Assembly (NCBI RefSeq): GCF_003918875.1
Contig: NW_025765186.1
Span: 62,001 to 126,000 of the forward strand
Origin: Haliotis rubra
Lineage: Eukaryota
DNA: 64,000 bases
Direction: 5' to 3'
A program made the translations under genes and the position numbers. The notes beneath the pieces were generated by a model that had not been told where the DNA came from, made no database searches, and worked only from the letters and a program-made list of their open reading frames with translations. Positions 62,385 to 64,000 of the stretch are shown here, one piece after another. Every line of letters begins with the position of its first letter. Position 1 is the first letter of the stretch.

Positions 62385-64000
62385 TGAATGTGAACAATGC
62401 AGATATATGATCTTAATTGAATGTGTACAATGCACATGTATGTTGCTAGGTGAATTTGTAGAATGTAGACCTATGTTGCTAGGTGAATGTGTAGAATGTA
62501 GACCTATGTTGCTAGGTGAATGTGTAGAATGTAGACCTATGTTGCTAAGTGAATGTGTACATTGTAGACCTATGTTGCCAGGTAAATGTGTAGAATGTAG
62601 ACCTATGTTGCTATGTGAATGTGTGCAATGCAGACCTATGATGTTATGTGGATGTGTACAATAATGCACATGTATGTTGCTATGTGAATGTGTAGAATGC
62701 AGATATATGATCTTAATTGAATGTGTACAATGCATATGTATGTTGATATGAGAATGTGTACAATGCACAAGTTTGTTGCTATGTGAATGTGTACAAAGCA
62801 AATATATGTTGCTATGTGGATGTGTACAATGCACATGTATGTTCCTATGTGAATGTGTACAATGCAGATTTATGATCTTAATTGAAAGTGTACAATGTAC
62901 ATTATGTTACTATGTAAATGTGTAGAATGTACATGTATGTTGCTATGTGAATGTGTAGAATGTAGACCTCTGTTGCTATGTGAATGTGTACAATGTAGAC
63001 CTATGTTGCTATGTGAATGTGTACAATGCAGACCTGTGTTGCTATATGAATGTGTAAAACGCACATGTATGTTGTTATGTGAATGTGTACAATGTACATG
63101 TATGTTGCCATGTGAATGTGTACAATGCACATGTAGGCTGACAGGTGAATGTGTACACTGCACATGTGTGTTGCCAGGTGAATGTGTACAATGCACATGT
63201 ATGTTACCAGGTGAATGTGTACAATGCACATATATGTTGCCAGGTGAATGTGTACAATGCACATGTATGTTGCCAGGTGAATGTGTACAATGCACATATA
63301 TGTTGCCAGGTGAATATGTACAATGCAGACCTATGTTGCTATGTGAATGTGTAGAATGCACATGAAAGTTGATATGTGAATGTGTACAATGTAGACCTAT
63401 GTTGCTATGTGAATGTGTACAATGTAGACCTATGTTGCTATGTGAATGTGTACAATGTAGACCTATGTTGCTCTATGAATGTGTACATTGTAGACCTATG
63501 TTGCTATGTGAATGTGTAAAATGTAGACCTATGTTGTTATGTGAATGTGTACAATGTAGACCTATGCTGTTATGGGAATATATACAATACAGGCCTATGA
63601 TGTTATGTGAAAATGTATAATGTAGACCTATGCTGTTATGTGAATATGTCCAATGCAGACCTATGATGTTATGTGAATATGTGTAATGTAGACAGATGAT
63701 GTTATGTTAATATGGACAATGCAGACCTATGATGCCATGTGAATATGTATAATGTAGACCTATGATGTTATTAGAATATGTACAATGTAGACATATGATG
63801 TTATGTGAATATGTACAATGTAGACCTATGATGTTATGAGAATATGTACAATGTAGACCTATGATGTTATGTGAATATGTACAATGTAGACCTATGATAT
63901 TATGTGAATATGTTCAATGGAGACCATTGATCTTATTGGAATGTGTCCAATGCAGACCTATGATGTAATGTGAATATGTATAATGTAGACATATCGTGTT
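62385..64000. repeat. 33-bp minisatellite, degenerate, runs off window end
   Basis: Unit GTGAATGTGTACAATGTAGACCTATGTTGCTAT; the His/Cys-rich ORFs here are periodic translations. Confidence 0.95.

Noticed and set aside
62286-63620. His/Cys-rich ORFs resembling metallothionein or metal-binding proteins
   Set aside because: They are translations of a 33-bp satellite, open on both strands and in several frames.

Overview
Repeat-rich eukaryotic genomic DNA with GT-AG introns, tRNA-derived SINEs, many minisatellites and two N gaps. The SINE and repeat repertoire suggests a mollusc, possibly an abalone-like gastropod (inference). Main contents: (1) a full-length 8.85-kb AcademH-type DNA transposon (798-9651; imperfect TIRs, 9-bp TSD GGGAGAAGG). 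It carries a spliced DDE transposase with one frameshift and a convergent, intact 4-exon RecQ-like helicase, and it is inserted into a Penelope-like remnant that retains a minimal hammerhead ribozyme motif. (2) A cluster of single-pass surface-receptor genes reconstructed with phase-consistent exons: a 250-aa EGF-like/TM/Tyr-motif receptor (minus strand, 25147-16818), an intronless Cys-rich TM protein (31673-32419) with a decayed paralog (13322-13982), and an 8-exon gene (52287-61610). The 8-exon gene joins signal peptide, EGF-like ectodomain, Ser/Thr stalk and TM helix to a cytoplasmic nSTAND3-like P-loop NTPase and roughly 35 ankyrin repeats, i.e. a membrane-spanning NLR-like architecture. 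It is interrupted here by one in-frame TAA. (3) Tc1, L2, I-clade and Tx1/L1 remnants, MITEs, three short interspersed repeat families and about 20 tandem arrays, several of which arose from exon or splice-site sequence.
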